NCBI GenBank assembly: GCA_015680685.1
Contig: MNCI01001727.1
Location: 691,211 to 755,210 of the forward strand
Reading direction: 5' to 3'
DNA from: Gnetum montanum
Lineage: Eukaryota > Plantae > Gnetophyta
Length of the DNA: 64,000 nucleotides
Positions 1 to 14,208 of this stretch are shown one piece after another. The stretch's first letter is position 1; each line of letters opens with the position of its first letter. The position numbers and the translations under genes were made by a program. Under the pieces are notes generated by a model. That model was not told the DNA's origin. It searched no databases and saw nothing but the letters and a program-made list of their open reading frames with translations.

Positions 1-75
1 AAAGACTTCCTTTTTTTTTCAATTATGTGCCTAGGCACTGTATTTATAGACTTGGGAGAAACTACTTTAATAGTT

Positions 76-360
76 AGAGTAACCAATCTAATAATTAGAA
101 TAATTGCTAAAGTAACCGCTAGAGTAACCACTCTAATAATTATAAAACTGCAAGAGTAACCACTAGAGTAACCACTCTAATAATTAGAATAACTACTACA
201 GTAACCGCTAGAGTAACCAATCTAATAATTAGAATAATTGCTAAAGTAACCGCTAGAGTAACCACTCTAATAATTATAAAACTGCAAGAGTAACCACTAG
301 AGTAACCACTCTAATAATTAAAGTAATTGCTAGAGTAACCGCTAGAGTAACTACTCTCAT
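76..360. repeat. Tandem array of ~45-bp units (6+ copies, 134-bp higher-order trimer) with internal TAGAG-N6-CTCTA hairpin
   Basis: Units start at 76, 121, 165, 210, 255, 299 (45/44/45/45/44/45 bp). Units 1-2 recur as units 4-5. A reverse-strand TATA (CTATAAATA) at 41-49 suggests LTR U3 context. Confidence 0.9.
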
Positions 361-569
361 TAGTTATGATGAAATGACATAAAAATGATAATCTTTATTT
401 CCATAAGAAAATTTGTATAATTGGTACATGTCACAACATTTGATTTGATATCTTATTCTCTAAAACATTATTTGCAATTGATGTTTTACAAAGAATTTTA
501 TTCTTTAGCATCAAATAAAAGTGACACATAAAAAAATAATGTTTTAATGTCAAAAATTATGTTATTTAT

Positions 570-3400
570 TTTCAGCAGTTTCTTTCTCTTCTTTATCAAT
601 TTTCATAGGGATGGGTTCTTCTACTAATTTCTAGCTACTTTTTCTAGGGTTTATACAAAAAATGGAAATAAATAGGTTGTTAGTTTTATTTGTCATTCGA
701 TTGAATAAAATAAAATAACTATCTAAATTTTTGATGCCTACCTTGCATTTCTTTATACATTTCTAGTGTTTTTTCTTCTATCTCCTTTAAGCTCAGGTTG
801 ATTGTATCCAATGTATCAACAGCTGAACTTAGAATCTTTAATAGAAAACTAGCTCATTCTCCCCCATAAGCCTTTAATTCTTCTAAGGTGATATCATCAT
901 CATTCCCTTCTTCTACAAGCTCCCCTTGAGGACCTCTTTGTTGTTTCTTTGATGTGGTAATTACCACACTATTTGAATAATCTTTAAACAATTCTTCTTA
1001 CTTAGTTTGTATAATAGATAGAATTTTTATTTTCTTATCTAAAAATAAACTTTTATTTTCCTTTAATAACCTATAGTATTCTCTTTTATACTACCACTTA
1101 TACTACCACTTATTTATTTTATGTTTCCTACCCTAGCTCTTCCATGCTGCTGCAGAGTTTCCTAGACTTGTCATGGAATGAGTCGTTGCTAATTTTGACC
1201 TCTTTTGCTCCATTAAAGTCCTTTGAAACTCCATGGTTTATTTTTCTCTCTCTACTATGCATGGGGAGGAGAGTTGTATCTAACCATACTGGTGCCTCTT
1301 ATTTATGCCTCTAACAGCTTCACCTAGTTAGATAACATCCTTACCTGCCTCTCATGTTTATCTTCCTTTTATGCACTTTTTCCAAGGAGTCTAAGAGTAT
1401 GACATTTTGGCTTGTTCTATAGCCAATACTTCCATATCCTTGACATAATTAAGAGCTATTCTTATTTTGTTTGCAACTACCTTCTTTGCTACTATATCTA
1501 CATTTATTGCTAAATCATGGAAAGCCACCTGACCCTTATTTAGATTAACTCTTAATTCTACATAACAAAAGAGAACATCAAATTCTTTATTACTAATATT
1601 AAACATTATTATTTTAGTGATAATGTTTAAATTGATTACCTTATTCTAGAGAGATTAAGTTTAGCTTTCTATCCATATCTTTTGGCAAATCCTCTAGTTG
1701 TCTTTTACACAAGCCCAACTTTTTCTTTTAATCTCTGGAAAAGAGGAGAAATAGTTACTTATTTTCTACATCTATAATACTGAATTTCAATTTTTGACAT
1801 GACATCAAACATACTTACCATATTATGTGGAGAGCTTTGAATTCATTACCTTCTTGATCCATTTGCAAATCTTCGAATTACTCACAATTGATTTGCTAGT
1901 TGGAGTGATATTTATAGAAGATGGAGATGGGATCTCCAATTCTAGTAGCTCATCCCTCCCTCTCTCTTGGCTTTCTTGCTCCTCTTGACCTATTTCATCA
2001 AGGTTTAAACTAAAGAGGTTAGAAAATGAATTCAAACTTTGTTTTTCCCCTTCATTTTCCTTTGATGAAACCAAGTCATTCAAGAAATCTAGTTTCTCTC
2101 TCCTCATACCTTTCTTCTAACCTTCACAAATTAAAGGAAGGTTGGAATGTAGCTTCTTGACTTCTTGTTCTAAGGTTATCTTGTCTTAGGCAGTCTCAAA
2201 AAAATAATCAAAGTGTTAGTATCACGTCATTCTTTAATAATGTTAAAACTAAAAACTACATCACATCATTTACACTTAGCAAAATATGATGGAAAGAGAT
2301 AAACTTAGTTATTCATTATTCTATCTTTACCTAGGAGACCATTATTTATGGGGTCTTTGAATAGATTTCTTGAAGCTCTTCCTTTTACCACTATTCTCAG
2401 GTACATTCCAAGATCCCCTTCTTCCTTGCTTCTTTGTCTCCACTTATTTTTTTTTGTTAGGATCTTCAATGCTTTCAGACATGGATGAGTCCACTTCTTC
2501 TTTAGTCTTTGATACGAATGTCCAAGGACCACCTCCTTCAATACTATATATAGAGATTAGACTCATGTGTTGACACAATGTAGGTATGAAGTCTACTTTT
2601 GAAGCAAAATTAGAATGCTTCTCCCTGCATTTTAAAAATAATATTGCCATAGCCTTTATTAATCTGTAATAAAACCAAAAATTAAGCCTCTTGCTCACCT
2701 TCTTCTTCTTTTCTTTTTTATCCTCTTGGAATAGTTTCTCTACCTCTTCAACTATCCCTTGATAGATAATTAATGCTCAATCAACTACCCTCCCTTATGA
2801 CATCATTCCATATAACCCATACATTTTCCTTTGGGCCAACTTTCATTTTTGACATATCTTATTACAAAATAGGATTTTAATAAATAAAGGGAATAACTTC
2901 TTCAAATTTTCATTTGTTCCCTTGTGTACGTTAATGATATTCTTCTTCCTTAACATAACCCACTCCTCCATGACTAATAGTTTTGCTAAGCTAAGCTTCA
3001 AACTATCAATCTTTGTTTCCTTCTCTAGAAAACCTAACCAATACATTAGTGTAGTTGGGTCCCAAGTAACAATAACTTATTTATAATATACACAACTATA
3101 AAAATAACCTTCTCCACTGAGTAGCTTTTTATTAGGCCTACACATTTTACCACACTTGGGTAGGGATGCTTTAATCTTAAAGCCCACAAAATTCCAATCC
3201 TATTGAACTTATTAAAGTACTTGATTCATTCTCCTTCAAATAATCACTTTTAAACACTTTAATCCTTACCAGTGGACCTAAGTTCAAACTTCTCTACCGC
3301 TCTCATGATGTCAATAAATTTAGCATCATTGATGCTTATTTTGACTAAAATTAAGCACATTTAATTATTTTTTTATCTTCTATCTATCTCTTTTATTTAA
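570..3400 (-). pseudogene. Decayed retrotransposon accessory ORF (plant-transposon-protein-like N-terminus, acidic/coiled-coil C-terminus)
   Basis: Co-linear minus-strand ORF pieces 2843-3046, 2444-2698 (LNFWFYYRLIKAMA...TLCQHMSLISIY), 1823-2107 and 1391-1606, ending ...EEPIPMKIDKEEKETAENK* near 570. Many stops; family assignment tentative. Confidence 0.45.
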
Positions 3401-4329
3401 AAAAACTCTAATACTTACTTTTAGGCCTTAGGATGATCCTTGACCTCTTTGGCCACTTGGACTTCATTCCATAAATGATGAAGCCATCCCTGGTTGTTGT
3501 ATTTACTTCAAAACCTATGTAGTCTTAATTCCTTATACTGAACATTGAAATGGGACATTGCCTAAGGTCTCTAGTTGTGATGCTAGGAAATATCTTGCAA
3601 TAGATTCTACAAAAACTCCAAGTGATCAGGACTTTGCACATCTAGATCAACAAACTTGCATAATAATGTCAAATTTAGTTTTAGTTGAAGCAAGGCTAAC
3701 TTGGAATACTTCTTAACTCTTAAACTACTAACTAATCTCTCAACAAAAATTTGAGAGCTTGGAGGATTAGATATTACCCTAGAAGTCTAGATTTTTAGGA
3801 GCAATTTCTTATCAACACTAAATTGCCAATATTCCCTTCTCTTCCACAACTTGTCCAAACATTTTTTATACACCAAAACATCCTTAGATAATTCTTTAGT
3901 CTTGGAAAACTTTTCAAATATTATTTTTGTGAATTTTGCAAAGAATATTGGCAAGATTCCCTTCAAAGCTTGTAGGAAGACTTCTTCTCCCACGCCCATT
4001 CATATCACAATGTGGAAGTAAGTGATGTAAATTTTAGAAAATCTACTGCTCCTTGGTGAGCCCAAAACTTTTATGACATCAACGTAGCATCGTTAAAAAG
4101 TGGCTTATTCTTGATAGACCCTAGATTTCTCCATTTATTCTATAGGATGGTCCTTTTACCCATGAGAAAGAACATAGGCTCAATGACAAGGAGATTAGGT
4201 GCTACTGCATCCCTATAACAAATGTCAAAAATGACTTAGTGTTGAAAACACAGTTTTTCACATTAAATCTCTCAATTGATTTTGACATGTTAAAATATAC
4301 TAACTTCATGTTGATACTTATGTTAGAAT

Positions 4330-5806
4330 CTCCTTTAAGATTTTAATGTAACACATTAAAACCCTTCAAGCTAGGTATGTTAGACTTTAAATCTTTCTTT
4401 TGAAGATTTAAAATTAGTTTTAGCTTCTATATTCTCTTTAGACATTACATAGAATGAACTTCTATCTCAATTAGACCTCTATTTTCTTGATTGGAATTCT
4501 ATTTTAATGAATGATAACTTGATCAACTTACCTATGCTAAGCCATAAGGGTGAACAAAAGACTATTTAGCTTAGTGCTCTTCTCTATTAAGATCTTTGAG
4601 AAGCTATCTTAACAGCTTTGTAAAAGCATTTGATTGCTTTTGCTTGGGGATACAATGATATGCATGGTCTATATCTAAAGCTAGTTTAACATAACATTAT
4701 CTTAGAGGAAGGCTCTAAAATTGTCAAGAAAAAGGTTATAAAATTCATCATACTATAGATCTTGTTATAAAATAGGAGATTACTAAACTCTATAATGTTA
4801 GATTCATCTATCTTATTGACTATTCTAATAGGGCTTCTAACATGATTATGGTTTCCAAAAAGAATGATTTCATTCATATATGCATTGACTTTTGATACCT
4901 TAACAAGGTTATGCATAAGAATGAATTTTCTTTACCTAATATCAAACAACTCATAGACTCCATAGCTAGTCATGCTCTTCTATTCTTTATTAATGGATTT
5001 TTTGGTTACAGCCAAATCCAGATAAATCTCGAGCATAGCAATATACTACTTTCATGACCTCTTAGGGAATATTTTATTACGCTAAAATGCCCTTTTGGCT
5101 TAAAAAATGTTGGAGCTTCTTATGAACAAGTTATGACTTTCATCTTCAATGATATGATGTTTAAAATAGTTAACGATTATGTTGATGATTTGACCATGAA
5201 ATATACCCTAGAAATTGATCATGCTTCTAACTTAGACTAGACTTTAACTTGTTGTGATAACTTTAAGGTATGTCTTAATCCTAAGAAATATATTTTTGGA
5301 GTCCTTACAAGTAAGATGTTAGGTTATCTTGTATCTTAAGAAGGTATAACTATCAACCTCAACAATGTGAAGGCTATCTTATACCATCTAGAAATATTTG
5401 AGATATGTGTATTCTACAAGGTCATCTTCAATCATCTTCATCCTTTGTCTCACTTGCTTTGAAAATCCATCTCTTTCATTTGGAATGAGGAGTATCAAAA
5501 TGCCTTTAATTTCATCAAAGAAGCTTAACTACCATTCCCATTTTACATCCTTCATAATTTGATCAATCTATTTTTTCTTTATCTTTCCAAATCTGACCAT
5601 TCCATATCCACCATACTCTTTCAAAGATGAGAAGATGGAGTTGATATTCTCATATATTATATATCTCATCCTTTGTTAGATTGTGAGACTAGATAATCTA
5701 ACACAAAGAAATCCTATCTAAGTCTTGTCTTCACTCTTGACAACTAGAGGCATTACCTTCTTAATGCTAAGGTATTTGTGATTTTCAAAGATAACATTCT
5801 TAAAGT
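4330..5806 (+). mobile_element. Tat/Ogre-type Ty3/gypsy pol remnant (Tat-A): RT and RNase H
   Basis: AFAWGYNDMHGL, ICIDF, KNEFSLPNIKQLIDS, DYVDD (5175-5189), then RNase H IYYISHPLLDCETR and LEHYLL. Many stops and frameshifts; cut at 5806 by a nested insertion. Confidence 0.9.
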
Positions 5807-6662
5807 TCATGAATCATCATTGTTGAGTAGTGTCAATGGGTACACATTGATGCGACCCTGTCGAGGCATGCACATTGACACATACTCATTGACACATTAA
5901 AAGATGCATTAATAGAGTGTCTGGTCTTGCCTATATAAATGCATGCACTACTACATTTATGGCATCATTCATTTAGTAGCATAGAGAAGCTCTTATAGGT
6001 TGTTCTCATAACAATTAGAATATTTTCTAGATGCCCGTAGTAGGAATTGAGAAGTGTACGAACCTTTATTCGAACACTGATGTACCTAGACACTTTAGTG
6101 TGAATGGTAATAAAGACAAACTTTTTGATAAACCTTGTAGCCTTGGAATTAGCATAATGTTTACTTTAATGCACTTTATTGTTATGAAATTTACATTCAT
6201 GCACATTAATTAATTAGTTCAATACTAATAGTTAATGCACATAAGTACAACCACCTTGAGCATATGTTAACGCTTAGTAATGCTAGTAGCATTTACCCTT
6301 AGTAGCCCAGTAGCATTGAGGCATGTTCAAGATGTGTATGATAGGTGGGAATGAATGCTTATGTTTGGATTAGCTTAAGGTATTAGATACTTACTAGATT
6401 GATTAGCATTTAATCACTTTATTTTCATGCTTAGGATAAATAGATAATTATATAAAATTTATACAAATTATGTGCATTAGTTACACTTAACCATATCATT
6501 TTACCTTCACAAGTGGAAATGAGAAGAAAACGATCAAGTTCTTAAGTTCACTACCTAGATAATATGTACTTAGAAAGCTAAAGTCTATAGAATTTGACCA
6601 GATTACTTAGTGAATGTTGGTGATTAGTATGGTTAGGTGTAGGGACTACTTAATGCTCATCA
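5807..6662 (+). repeat. Athila-1 5' LTR
   Basis: Starts T(C)ATGAATCAT, ends CTCATCA (TGATGA...TCATCA termini); TATA CCTATATAAAT at ~5930; aligns with 18174-18842. Confidence 0.88.
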
Positions 6663-6663
6663 G

Positions 6664-6681
6664 TGGCACCATTGTCGAGGA
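6664..6681 (+). promoter_or_regulatory. Primer binding site, tRNA-Asp type
   Basis: TGGCACCATTGTCGAGGA versus canonical TGGCGCCGTTGCCGGGGA: 4 differences, all transitions; lies 1 nt after the LTR end. Confidence 0.85.
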
Positions 6682-6809
6682 CTTTAGTTAGTTATGTGAA
6701 CTACCTAGGACGTTAGTGAAATCACTTAACGATATTGTAAAGAACTTAAAAGTAAAATCATTACTATAATAAAGAATTCCAAAAAACACATTGTTTCCTA
6801 AATACTAAC

Positions 6810-9800
6810 ATGGCTTCTTCTTTTAGGGAAGATTCTCTAACACCATTCATGGGAAATTCTAATCCAAGGTAAGAAGGCCTGAAACCACCTATGTCCCAAT
6901 AATGCAAAGTGGTCTTTGTGCATCTGGATGAGTACACTCCAAATTTTGCTTTCATCTTACACTAGGATGAACAATTGTAGTGGAGGAACATGGTGGGAAA
7001 CATCATGTTGCCTCTTGATCAATTAGTTCTTGCAATGCTGCACCATAATCTCATCATATTGGGCATTGCAAAATTCAATGTTGAGTACAAGATGCAAGAT
7101 CATGCTTACTGGGATTATCTTCCTGTAGAGGCATAGAGAAAGAAAGATTAGCAAGTGGAAGCTTGTAATGAGGCATAAAATGCAAACAATTCACAAACCC
7201 CTTATTCCTACTATGCCAAAACAAAGAGGAAGACTTCTTCTTAGGAATTTTTTATTACATTGACTTTCCTCCTCTTCTTAATGAGGAGACCCTCAATCAG
7301 CATCTACATTCCATCATAGATAACCCTAGTTTAGGGAAGAACAAATCCCATGACTGTGGAGCCTCAAAGGAAGGGAGTTAAGGCAGGGACAATGATAACC
7401 ACTATGATAATGACAAACATGGTGATTGTGGTAGGGACTAAAGAAGAGGACACCATTCTAGTGTTGGCTCTCCTTCATCTTTACCTTCATCTTCCTCATC
7501 ATCTTCCTCTTTCAACTTTCACCAAAGCCACATGGGGAGAAACTATGATGGAGGTGATCGACAAGATAGAGATGACCACAGATCCCACCAGAATAGTAGA
7601 AACTAAGGGCATGGGTAATTAAGGGAGGCCCACGACAAATAAAGAAGGGGCAACATAGAGCATCATAGGCATCATGGCCATGATAGGGGCCACAAAGAAC
7701 ATTATGACTATGATGAGCCTCTGCTTATCACTAGAAACATGCTGAACATTACAAAGGCTATGAGGATATCAAGGAATATGAAGGACAACTAGATCAAATA
7801 GTTGGACATGAATAATATCCCTAAGTTCAAAGGGGGATAAAATTTTGATCCATAGAATCATCTCTAAGCCTTTCATGATGCATGTACCTTATAGAACATA
7901 GAGAAAAAATGAAAAAAATTAAAGTTGTTCCCTAGGACACTTGTCAAGGAAGATAAAAATTGGTATCAATCGTTGGAACCAAAATCAATCTGATAATGGA
8001 TTATAATGCTTGGATTATTTAATGATAAATATTAGATGTACTTCCAAGTGTCTTGCTTGAGAAGGTAGATTCAAGGTTGGAATTAAGGCACCATGAGTTC
8101 TTGGATGAGACCATGAGCAAGTATTACTTTCTGTTACACTGATGCCCAAGCCATGAGTTCTTAAAGGGAACAACTACGCCATATCATAGATGGGATTTAA
8201 ATAGAAACAATGATAACTCTTGGGATCTATTCCCAAGGGAGGCTTTCAGAGCTAAGGTTCCATCACATTCAAAGGCTAATTGAGTAGGTGGCTAAGGAAG
8301 AAGGTGAGCTGAGGAAAAGGGAAAGTGTAGAGGAGTACAATTGGGACCTTTCCATTTGCAAAAGGGAGGTTCAATTTTGTGATAATTAGAATAAGACACA
8401 ACTTGATGAAGTGGTATAATGAAAAACCTTGTCAATACAATTTTTTTTTAAAATCTTGTCTAAGGTTGATAAAATGTGGGATTCCTTGGATGAAAAATTC
8501 CAAATGGCTCTAAGAATTACTGAGGAGAAAAAAAAGCAAGGAGTTAGTGGTCATAACAAAAGAAGAAAGAAGGAAGCTAAATGTGCCCATCAAAGGGATA
8601 AGTAGAAAGCTGCTATAGTGGAAGAGGTTGTGGATTCTAAAATAGATGATGATGGGTGTGACATTTGCCAATATGAACATCCTAAGATATGTTGTCCAAT
8701 TATGTCATACTTTCAGGAATCCAAGATGTACACTTTGAATCCTTTCTTGGCAAAATGGCAAGCACCTGAGAGGTTTCCTTATCCTCAAGGCAACTATAGG
8801 TAATTCCACCAACAAGCCTATTATATGAGTGGAGTGCCACCTCAACCTCATGAGTATTAGCAACAATAGCAACACCCATATTCGTGAAAGGTGCCACCAC
8901 CAAGGCAACAATACCCTTACCATTAGCAAGATTTATATGAGTACTATGTTTAGCAACCCATTTCTCCACATGACCTTTCTAGTCATGCTTGTTTTTAGCA
9001 CCACTACTACCTTCCTAAGTATTATAGAGCACCATCTCCAAGGGGGAAATCTTCATTTCCCAATTACCCTCCTCATCCTTCTACTCTTGCACCTCAATCC
9101 TCAACTCCTTTACCACTTGCTCTATCTATGTAAGGTGAAATACCAGCCTAGCTGTAGAATAGAAATGTCACAAGGGTTGTGAACTTAAATCTGGTTCCCC
9201 CAGCCAACTGGTTTTGATACTAAGCCTCAAAAGATCCTTTTTTAGAACCAACAGTCTTACCAAGTCCCTACAAACACCTACAGTTGTTAAACTTGCTTCT
9301 TCTCCTTCCTCCTCCACAATGTCCTTCAAACTCCCTTCAAACAAAACGCCTCCTAAAGTACACATGGTAATGTTGACCCATGCTATTACTAATTGGATAA
9401 AGGCTGACCATCTTCCCAAGAAGAGATTTGATCCTAGGAGTTCCCTCATTTACTTGCAAATCATTAGAAATGAATGTTGTAAGGCTCTTCTAGACTCAAG
9501 TTCTAGTCTTAATTTAATCTTATAAGAAATGTACAAAACCTGGAACTTGCCTTCAGTCAAGAAGTGCAACATTCACTTAGAGTTAGCAAATCAATCCATC
9601 ACTATCCCCTTGGGATTGGTGGAGGACATTGTGACCACCATTTGTGGATCGTAATATCTTGTCGACTTCCTGGTGATACAAATGGATAACTACAAGAGGG
9701 ACTTTCCCATCATTATGGAAAGATCTTGGTTGAGTACAATTGATGTGTGGCTGGGAATTAGAGACCTCTCCCTGAAGATCTCTAACAAGAATGAATTTAG

Positions 9801-12800
9801 AAAGATAAAGAAGAAGCACATTTCATGCATCATGTATACTGATATAAGATGCAACTGTGTGCAAAAATTATGAACTGTCAAAACTACAACACTCATAGCA
9901 TGTAAGAAATATGTAGATGTCATAGAGGTTTGAAGGTTCTTGTATGCAATAACCACAAAATAGGAGGGCACCAAGTGGTTGATAACTGAAATAGAGAGTA
10001 GTTCAACATTATGCATGGAAAAGATTGAGAGCCTCACAAGTGCCTATGCTGAAGGCATGGATGAACTAGATGAACATGATGAAACCAATTAGGGAGAGTT
10101 GACAATCCCTAAGAGCTTCAAATAGGAGCCCCTTGAGTTAAAGACTCTACCAGCTAGAATGGAATATGCCTTTTTGAACAATGAGAAGTTGATCATCATC
10201 AATGTCAATCTTGCTCCTGTATAGAAAAAGAAGCTATTGGAGGTCATCAACAAATGGTCAACAAACTTTGCTTTGTCAAATCATGAGATGATAGGAATTG
10301 AACCAAGGATATGCTAACGTTGAATCTATATATGTTTCTTCATTAAACCAAAGAGGTAGCCATAGAAAAGGTTGAACCACAAGCTCAAGCAAATTGTCAA
10401 AAAAGAGATTGAGCAACTCCTCAAGGTAGGGTTCATCTATCCCATTACACATAGTGAGAGGGTTAGCCTACTTGTGATTATGCTTAAGAAAGGTGGGAAA
10501 TGGAGGGTATGCATTGATTTTAGATTGTTGAACATGAAAACATTCAATAATCATTTTCCTTTGCCATTTGTTGACTAGGTGTTGGACAAAATTTCATAGC
10601 AATAATCAAATCCAGATAGCACCTGAGGATCAAGCCAAAACCACATTCACAAGTTCCTAGGGGAATTTCCCATATAGAAAGATGCCTTTTAGCCTATGCA
10701 ATGTCCTTGCAACATTTCAACACCTTGTCCTTAGCGTCTTTCAATAGTAAATCAATAGCAGGGTGGAAGTCTTCATGGATGACTTCTCCAGCTATGGGTC
10801 TATGTTTGAGAAAGCCTTGCACCATCTAGATTAAGTGTTGAAAAGATGTGTGGAGGTAAACCTAAAGTTCAACTAGTAGAAGAGCCACTTGATGGTCCAA
10901 GAGGACATTGTACTAGGGCATAGAATATCATAGAAGGGGATTAAGGTGGACCTTGAAAAAATAAGGCTCATCCAAGAAATAACTTGACAAGCTAAATCTA
11001 TCAAAGATGTGAGATCATTCCTTGGCCACACTGGCTATTTTTGATGCTTCATTGAGAACTTTTATAAGATTGTGAAACCATTGGTGGAGCTAATAAAGAA
11101 GGATGCTCTATTTTTCTAGATTGAGAAATGTGAACATGCATTCCAATACCTTAAATAAAAGCTCATAGAATCACCAATCCTATGAGCACCTAATTGGTTC
11201 TAACCATTCCATATTATGATGAACACATCTAATTAACCCTTAGGAGCTGTGCTCACATAGTTAGATGATCAAAAAAATCTCTATTGCATCCACTATGTGA
11301 GCAAGAGCATTATGGATGCACAACTAAACTACATCATCACTACGAAAGAACTACTGATAGTGGTGTATGCCTAGGAGAAATTTAGGCACTATGTGCTTGG
11401 ATACAAGGTATTTGTGCACATGGACCATAATGTAATAAGGTAATTTTACAAGAATTTGATTTAACCATGATGGAAAGGAAGGAAATTAAGAATGTGGTAG
11501 TTGACTATTTGTCTCGATTGTGATGGGACAATAAAGAGGAGGAGAGATAACTTTAAAATTAATTTCCTAATGCCTCTTCACTAGAGCTATTACTAAATGA
11601 GACCCCAAGGAAAACAATTGGTATGATGACATCCTTGTCTACCTACTCACATCATATATGTCACAAGAGTGGACAACTAGAAGCAAAAACATGTTCTTCA
11701 CTATGTCAAACATTTAATAGAGATCAATGATAACCTTTACAAGGTTTACACTGTTGGCATGGTTTGATGGTGTGTTCTTGATGATGATCAACTATGTGCT
11801 CTCCAAGATGCACATGAGGGCCCTTGTGGGGTTCATTATGCTAGGAGATGAATGGCCATTAAAATCATCATGGCAAGGTATTACTAGCCTATACTTTTCA
11901 AGGACATCCATCACTTGATTGACTTTTCAAGGACATCCATCACTTGATTGACTTCTTTGATCGTTGTCAAAGTGATGGTGGGATAACCACTCGTATGGAG
12001 GGGTCCAATAGTGGATCAAACGACTAGAGCCCTTCAACATTTGGAGCATTAGTTTTGTATGGTCCATTACTCCCATGTTCAATGGGAAGGTGTATATAAT
12101 CATAGCTATTGACTACTATACAAAATAGGTAGAAGTTATCATCATCCCCAAGCGCACATCCTCTGTAGTGGCCTAATTTGTACAACAACATGTTGTAAAT
12201 AGGTTTAGGATTCCACGTGTAGTTATTTTTGATAATGAAACTCATTTTATAGGCACCACTTTCTAGAAACTCATGCAACACTTGGGGGTTGAACATAAAT
12301 TGACAACTCCATACCATGCCCAAGCCAATGGTCAAGCGGAGGTCACCAATAAGAAGATAACAAAATTACTAACAAGAACTGTTAGTAAATATAGAAGGGA
12401 TTAGAGCTCCAAACTCAATGATGCCATTTAGGCCTATCATTCCACATGGAAACTGCCTATTGACTACTCTCCCTATGAGCTCATGTATAGAAAATTACCA
12501 ATACTTCCTATCTAAATGGAAATCCCTATACTTTTAATAGTTTGTGTTCTTAGCTTAGAGCTAAACCTGGCATAAAAGGAATGCATAATGAATCTCAACT
12601 TGCTAGATGAGAATCAACTAGTGGTCCTATCATGCTATGAAATGCACAAGGCCTATAACAAGCAACAACATGACCTTAGAATCGGGAAGGTGAAATTTCA
12701 ACTATGAGATAAGGTTCTATATTGGAATCCCATGCACGTGCCATCATGAATTAAGCTCAAAAAATTATAGGAGGAACCTTATATTATTTATGAAACCTTT

Positions 12801-12900
12801 TAATTTGGGGAAATGCTAATTTACAAACTTGAAAGCCTAAGCAAGAAACTTCTAGTCAACATGTAACAACTCAAGCCTTTCTATGAACCAAGGATAGCCA
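6810..12900 (+). pseudogene. Athila-1 gag-pol pseudogene
   Basis: gag from ATG 6810 (MASSFREDSL; KLFPRTL ~7920); protease CKALLDSSSSLNLI ~9480; RT GKWRVCIDFRLLN, FPLPFVD, VFMDDF (~10769); RNase H LEKFRHYVLG ~11370; integrase TPYHAQANGQAEVTNKKI ~12305. Numerous stops and small deletions. Confidence 0.9.
11893..11950. repeat. Perfect 29-bp tandem duplication in integrase
   Basis: ACTTTTCAAGGACATCCATCACTTGATTG x2; frameshifting. Confidence 0.95.
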
Positions 12901-13733
12901 ATGACCACAACACCTCAATAGATAGACAAGCATGCTTGATTTCTTGGATCTCATCCTTCCAACTTAGTCATGGGGGAGATGGTCATCCATGCTAAACAAA
13001 TTAAAGTGGCTTTTTAGTTTTTCATTTTTTCTAGTTTTCATGATTTTTTGTTTTACATCATTTATAGTATGTTTTTCTTTCTTGATTATTTTACAATTTT
13101 TTCTATATATGACCTTATTTGGTTTGCATTTTTCTTATGAGTTTCTTTTCTCTCTTTATTGTCACTAGGACTTGGTGTGACTGTAGCTACTAATTAATGG
13201 TGGTTTATACTATATAATGTTATTTTATTACAAATGTAAGGGTTATATCTTTGAATTTTGATGTTGATAATTGAGACATTGTTTCTTTTCATGATTAACA
13301 AGTAGTAAGTCCATGTCACGCATCGATCCACACAAATCTATGATGTTCTCTTATTTTGAAAATATGAGATCCCTTGGTAACTTCAACTTATAATGAACTT
13401 GTGACCTTGGTAGTTTCCAAACTTAGGATGGATTAAATGGATAAAAAAGGGTGTGACTTCAAGGGAATTTGACACTTTTTGTACTTTCCTACCCTCTTAG
13501 GTGCATTAGTATCTTCGGGGTGCATTAGTACCAATAATAAGAAGCTATGTCTTTGCATGGTGTGGTTCTCATACAAAAATGAGAATTGAATGCACACTCC
13601 TTAGAGTTAATAATAGGCTACAAGCATTGGTTATGGGGTTGGAAAGACATGTTACCCATGCTTGAAGGCACCCCTCTAACTAAGGCCCTTCTCACTTCCT
13701 ACTTCTCTTTTCTTCTCTCTTTGGAATGATGAT

Positions 13734-14208
13734 TGATCTAGTGGGATATTATTGCACCTTTGGGGCTGGACTAGTCTAAGAGTATCAATGCAAAGTTACT
13801 AGAAGTGGTTGGTCTTAACTTGGACTTCATGTGACAACGATATGGGACTCTATTCCACACTCTCTCATCCACGTATGCTTCCCATCACTCACCCCATTTC
13901 CTTTTCTCATGTTATTTCAATGTCATTGTTTGATATGGTCATAATTACTTTATAGTTTCTTTGATGATTTTTGATCTAGTGGGATATTATTGCACCTTTG
14001 GGGCTGGACTAGTCTAAGAGTATCAATGCAAAGTTACTATAAGTGGTTGGTCTTAACTTGGACTTCATGTGACAACGATATGGGACTCTATTCCACACTC
14101 TCTCATCCACGTATGGTTCCTGTCACTCACCTCATTTCCTTTTCTCATGTTATTTCAATGTCATTGTTTGATATGGTCATAATTATTTTATAGTTTCTTT
14201 GATGATTT
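13734..14208. repeat. 238-bp tandem duplication in the Athila-1 3' non-coding region
   Basis: Copies start at 13734 and 13972 (TGATCTAGTGGGATATTATTGCACC...) and are nearly identical; TGATGATT microhomology at the junctions. Confidence 0.95.

Noticed and set aside
4686-4916. Antisense ORFs over RT/INT/gag (also 12024, 26321, 37080)
   Set aside because: They are shadow frames of retroelement coding strands with no independent support.
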